Source: Candidatus Adlerbacteria bacterium GW2011_GWA1_54_10 (GTDB taxonomy: Bacteria; Patescibacteriota; Minisyncoccia; Phycocordibacterales; SBAW01). Taken from it: 64,000 nucleotides of DNA. Position numbers and translations under genes: made by a program. The DNA lies in contig LCRO01000002.1 in NCBI GenBank assembly GCA_001004665.1, positions 27,060-91,059 of the forward strand. Reading direction: 5' to 3'. Of the stretch, positions 61,956-64,000 are shown piece by piece. The stretch's first letter is position 1. Each line of letters opens with the position of its first letter. The notes under the pieces are model-generated. The model had not been told where the DNA came from. It did not search any database and was given only the letters and a program-made list of their open reading frames with translations.

Positions 61956-63083
61956 TTATCGCCACTGCCGTACAATCTCCCACTTTATAGCCACGGTTGT
62001 ACCAAGCGAAAGAAGCATAAGAAGGGCCTGCGCCAGCCAACCCAGCAAGGGCACGAGTCCGAGGATGCTGTAGAGAAACACGCCGGCAAGTATCGTCTTC
62101 CAAGAGACCTCCCGGTCGCGCTTTGAGAAGTATTGATACACGACGCTCCCTACAATAATCGGCGCGACTATCCATGCAAACAACAGCGCGGCTACAAAGG
62201 CTATGAGCCCCAAAATTCCAAACGGTATGCCAACGAGTGTCACAAGCATGAGTACGGAGAGCACGGGGAGCGCCGCAAAGACCACCAAACCTCTTCCAAG
62301 CTCCAAAAGCGGGCGCTCGACCGCTTTAGCAACCGCCTCTCTGCTATAGCGCTTGAAGAGAAGACCAATAACAAGCGCACACACCAATAGCGCGAGAAAT
62401 TTCCCTATAATAAAGAGAGAGAAGACCGCCGCAATAGCCGCCACTGACACTGCTTGCGGCTTGCGCTCCTCAAAAATTACTTCTCCGCGTACGACCGCCC
62501 CATCTTCTTTCTTGAGTTCTTTGTTTGCTTTATAGGTGAGAGTGCCCGCAATGACCGCCCGGCTACCCAGTGTAAGTGTATCCGCCTCGATATTTACCGC
62601 GCCGCCGATAGGCGCATTTATGTAGACACTGCCGCCGCTAATGCGGACGTCGCCTGCAACGGGCGCGTCAATGCGTACAGTACCGCCACCTGCCGCCACG
62701 TCGCCGCCGATGCCCAGACCACCGATAGTTATTTGGCCTCCGCCTGCAATAACGTCATCCCCCACTCTCCCTTGAATAACGACGGAGCCGCCGCCCACGC
62801 GCACATCGTCGCCAACATCCGAAAGAACAACAACATTGCCGCCGCCCGCGGCGACATCCGCGCTCACTGGCCCGCTTATGACAATGCTCCCGCCGCCGGC
62901 AACAAGGTCGCCCTCAACGCTACCCGCACTTGTTATACTGCCGCCTACAACGTACAAATCGTCGCTTATGCGCTCGCTTGCAGTTGTCGACGTTTGCTCA
63001 CCGAAACGAAACTCGGCCGCCAAAGAAACAAGAGGGACAGCGAGAATCGCCGCCAAGACCGCATATCCAAAAAAAAATTTCAT
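61956..63083 (-). CDS. membrane protein with N-terminal signal peptide, about 9 glycine-rich beta-helix-like repeats (bactofilin/DUF4097-like) and a C-terminal 4-TM domain
   Basis: MKFFFGYAVLAAILAVPLVSLAAE. Repeats VGGSITSAGSVEGDLVAGGGSIVISGPVSADVAAGGGNVVVLSDVGDDVRVGGGSVVIQGRVGDDVIAGGG... C-terminal hydrophobic helices. Confidence 0.55.
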   Translation of the reverse strand: MKFFFGYAVLAAILAVPLVSLAAEFRFGEQTSTTASERISDDLYVVGGSITSAGSVEGDLVAGGGSIVISGPVSADVAAGGGNVVVLSDVGDDVRVGGGSVVIQGRVGDDVIAGGGQITIGGLGIGGDVAAGGGTVRIDAPVAGDVRISGGSVYINAPIGGAVNIEADTLTLGSRAVIAGTLTYKANKELKKEDGAVVRGEVIFEERKPQAVSVAAIAAVFSLFIIGKFLALLVCALVIGLLFKRYSREAVAKAVERPLLELGRGLVVFAALPVLSVLMLVTLVGIPFGILGLIAFVAALLFAWIVAPIIVGSVVYQYFSKRDREVSWKTILAGVFLYSILGLVPLLGWLAQALLMLLSLGTTVAIKWEIVRQWR

Positions 63084-63202
63084 GGGTTTAAAAGTTAGAT
63101 ACTAATGCCCCATTATACACTTTCGGCTCGAGTTCCGGCTTTCATTTTTCTACTTGGCTCGTCTGGTCAAAAAGCGGTATATTTGGTGGTGTTCATTGAT
63201 AT

Positions 63203-63277
63203 TCCGCGGTAGCTCAATGGTAGAGCAGCTCCCTGTTAAGGAGTTGGTTGTAGGTTCGAGTCCTACCCGCGGAGCCA
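63203..63277 (+). tRNA. tRNA-Asn (anticodon GUU), CCA encoded
   Basis: UCCGCGGUAGCUCAAUGGUAGAGCAGCUCC-CUGUUAA-GGAGUUGGUUGUAGGUUCGAGUCCUACCCGCGGAGCCA. 7-bp acceptor stem, D and T arms canonical. Confidence 0.85.
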
Positions 63278-63487
63278 GGAGACTAGATACGAACTCGGAT
63301 TTTGAAGACGAGAGGGTTCGCCCCTCGGCGGAGAACTCGTATCATCCTATTTGGCTCCCGAATTAAAACCTTCGCAAACTTTTGAAATTATTTTGCCAAA
63401 TCTGATACACAAATCCAAAAAGCGAAATCTGAAATGATGTGCCCCGCCACTATTTTTCTGGGGCAAAGGAGGCGGGGCGGCGGACTC

Positions 63488-63548
63488 GCCCGCGCGGAGG
63501 AGGGGTCTGGGGAGGAATCCGCGCGGGCTTCGGCTTTCTTTTTTGAAA
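63488..63548 (+). terminator. large hairpin + T-tract in the AT-rich tRNA-Asn/XRE intergenic region (terminator or structured RNA)
   Basis: GCCCGCGCGG-(21-nt loop AGGAGGGGTCTGGGGAGGAAT)-CCGCGCGGGC followed by TTCGGCTTTCTTTTTTG. Preceded by a second hairpin CCCCGCC...GGCGGGG at 63443-63477. Confidence 0.35.
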
Positions 63549-63639
63549 AAATCGGCGGCTACAAAAGAAGAATCCATATATGGGATTATACCTCCATATT
63601 GAGGCATGGCGCAATAGTTGATAAAGTGATAATATATAT

Positions 63640-63846
63640 ATGGCTCAAATTTCCAAAAAACTGGGAGAAAACATCAAGCGCATACGGCTTCGCCGTAAAA
63701 TGTCGCAAGGCGACATTTGTCGAGCGATAGATATGGATAGAAGCTATATGAGTGCGATTGAAGGCGGAAAGATCAATGTTACGCTGGCAGTTTTAGAGAA
63801 GCTCGCTAATGCGCTTGATGTTTCCGTTGATGAGCTCTTGAAATAA
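63640..63846 (+). CDS. XRE-family helix-turn-helix transcriptional regulator
   Basis: 68 aa: LGENIKRIRLRRKMSQGDICRAIDMDRSYMSAIEGGKINVTLAVLEKLANALDVSVDELL. AT-rich codon usage unlike the rest of the window. Confidence 0.85.
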   Translation: MAQISKKLGENIKRIRLRRKMSQGDICRAIDMDRSYMSAIEGGKINVTLAVLEKLANALDVSVDELLK

Positions 63847-63848
63847 TT

Positions 63849-64000
63849 ATGGAACTAAAACATAAAATTGCACTAGTCACAGGTGCTTCAAAAGGGATAG
63901 GAAAGGCAACTGCTATTGCTTTTGCAAAGGAGGGTTGTTCGGTAGTCATAAATTTTAAATCAGACGCTAAAGCCGCAAAAGAAGTGTTAGATGAGTGCAA
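63849..64000 (+). CDS. SDR-family oxidoreductase (FabG-like). N-terminal part only; runs off the window end
   Basis: MELKHKIALVTGASKGIGKATAIAFAKEGCSVVINFKSDAKAAKEVLDEC, Rossmann TGxxxGIG motif. AT-rich. Confidence 0.8.
   Translation, partial: MELKHKIALVTGASKGIGKATAIAFAKEGCSVVINFKSDAKAAKEVLDEC

Noticed and set aside
1-64000. CRISPR arrays, rRNA genes, IS elements/transposases, integrases, inteins (checked in dnaB)
   Set aside because: No regularly spaced direct repeats, no transposase/integrase-like ORFs and no rRNA-like segments were seen. DnaB is collinear with no insertion. The only tandem repeat noted is the 25-bp duplication inside pepA.

Overview
This 64-kb window is GC-rich (roughly 55-60%) and almost entirely dense housekeeping sequence from what looks like a small-genome bacterium. 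The aaRS complement (class I LysRS, archaeal-type AspRS, minimal AlaRS/ProRS/GluRS) fits a Patescibacteria/CPR-like lineage, but that is inference only.

Main contents, in order:
- A diverging M13 peptidase and alaS.
- A 2-gene operon of unknown function.
- The infA-rpmJ-rpsM-rpsK-rpsD-rpoA-rplQ cluster, then rplM-rpsI.
- grpE-dnaK-(ABC exporter)-dnaJ.
- trpS, a disrupted archaeal-type aspS, pepA, scpAB.
- A partial dcw-like cluster (dacA-mraY-dedA-ftsW-murG), gltX, and an EnvC-like M23 peptidase.
- A RelB/YafQ-type toxin-antitoxin pair next to an ABC-2 exporter.
- A minus-strand accessory block: transglutaminase-like protein, SLT lysozyme-like protein, PurM-like protein, tRNA-Pro, Orn-like exonuclease, DUF454 protein, small Ada-like protein.
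- rpmA, a Tyr-rich secreted low-complexity protein, rplI, ctpA, a CorA-like gene, cysS, dnaB, recR, rplU, rmuC, yqeY, mpg, tRNA-Glu.
- A second dcw block (murF-ftsI-ftsL-rsmH-mraZ) with MraZ-box operator repeats.
- Class I LysRS, greA, a rod module (mrdA-mreD-mreC(frameshifted)-mreB), proS, rseP, frr, nth-like, holB-like, a second mreB, murA, def-fmt, hpf.
- A beta-helical-repeat membrane protein, tRNA-Asn, and an AT-rich terminal segment (XRE regulator, SDR) that looks horizontally acquired.

Cross-cutting observations:
- A recurring leaderless-promoter architecture: a TATAAT-like -10 element 6-8 nt upstream of start codons, including divergent gene pairs only 14-22 bp apart.
- Two CDSs start 2-6 nt after a tRNA 3' end.
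- Two essential-looking genes (aspS, mreC) are disrupted.
- Several intrinsic terminators, including one embedded in a coding region.
- No CRISPR array, rRNA or obvious mobile element was seen.
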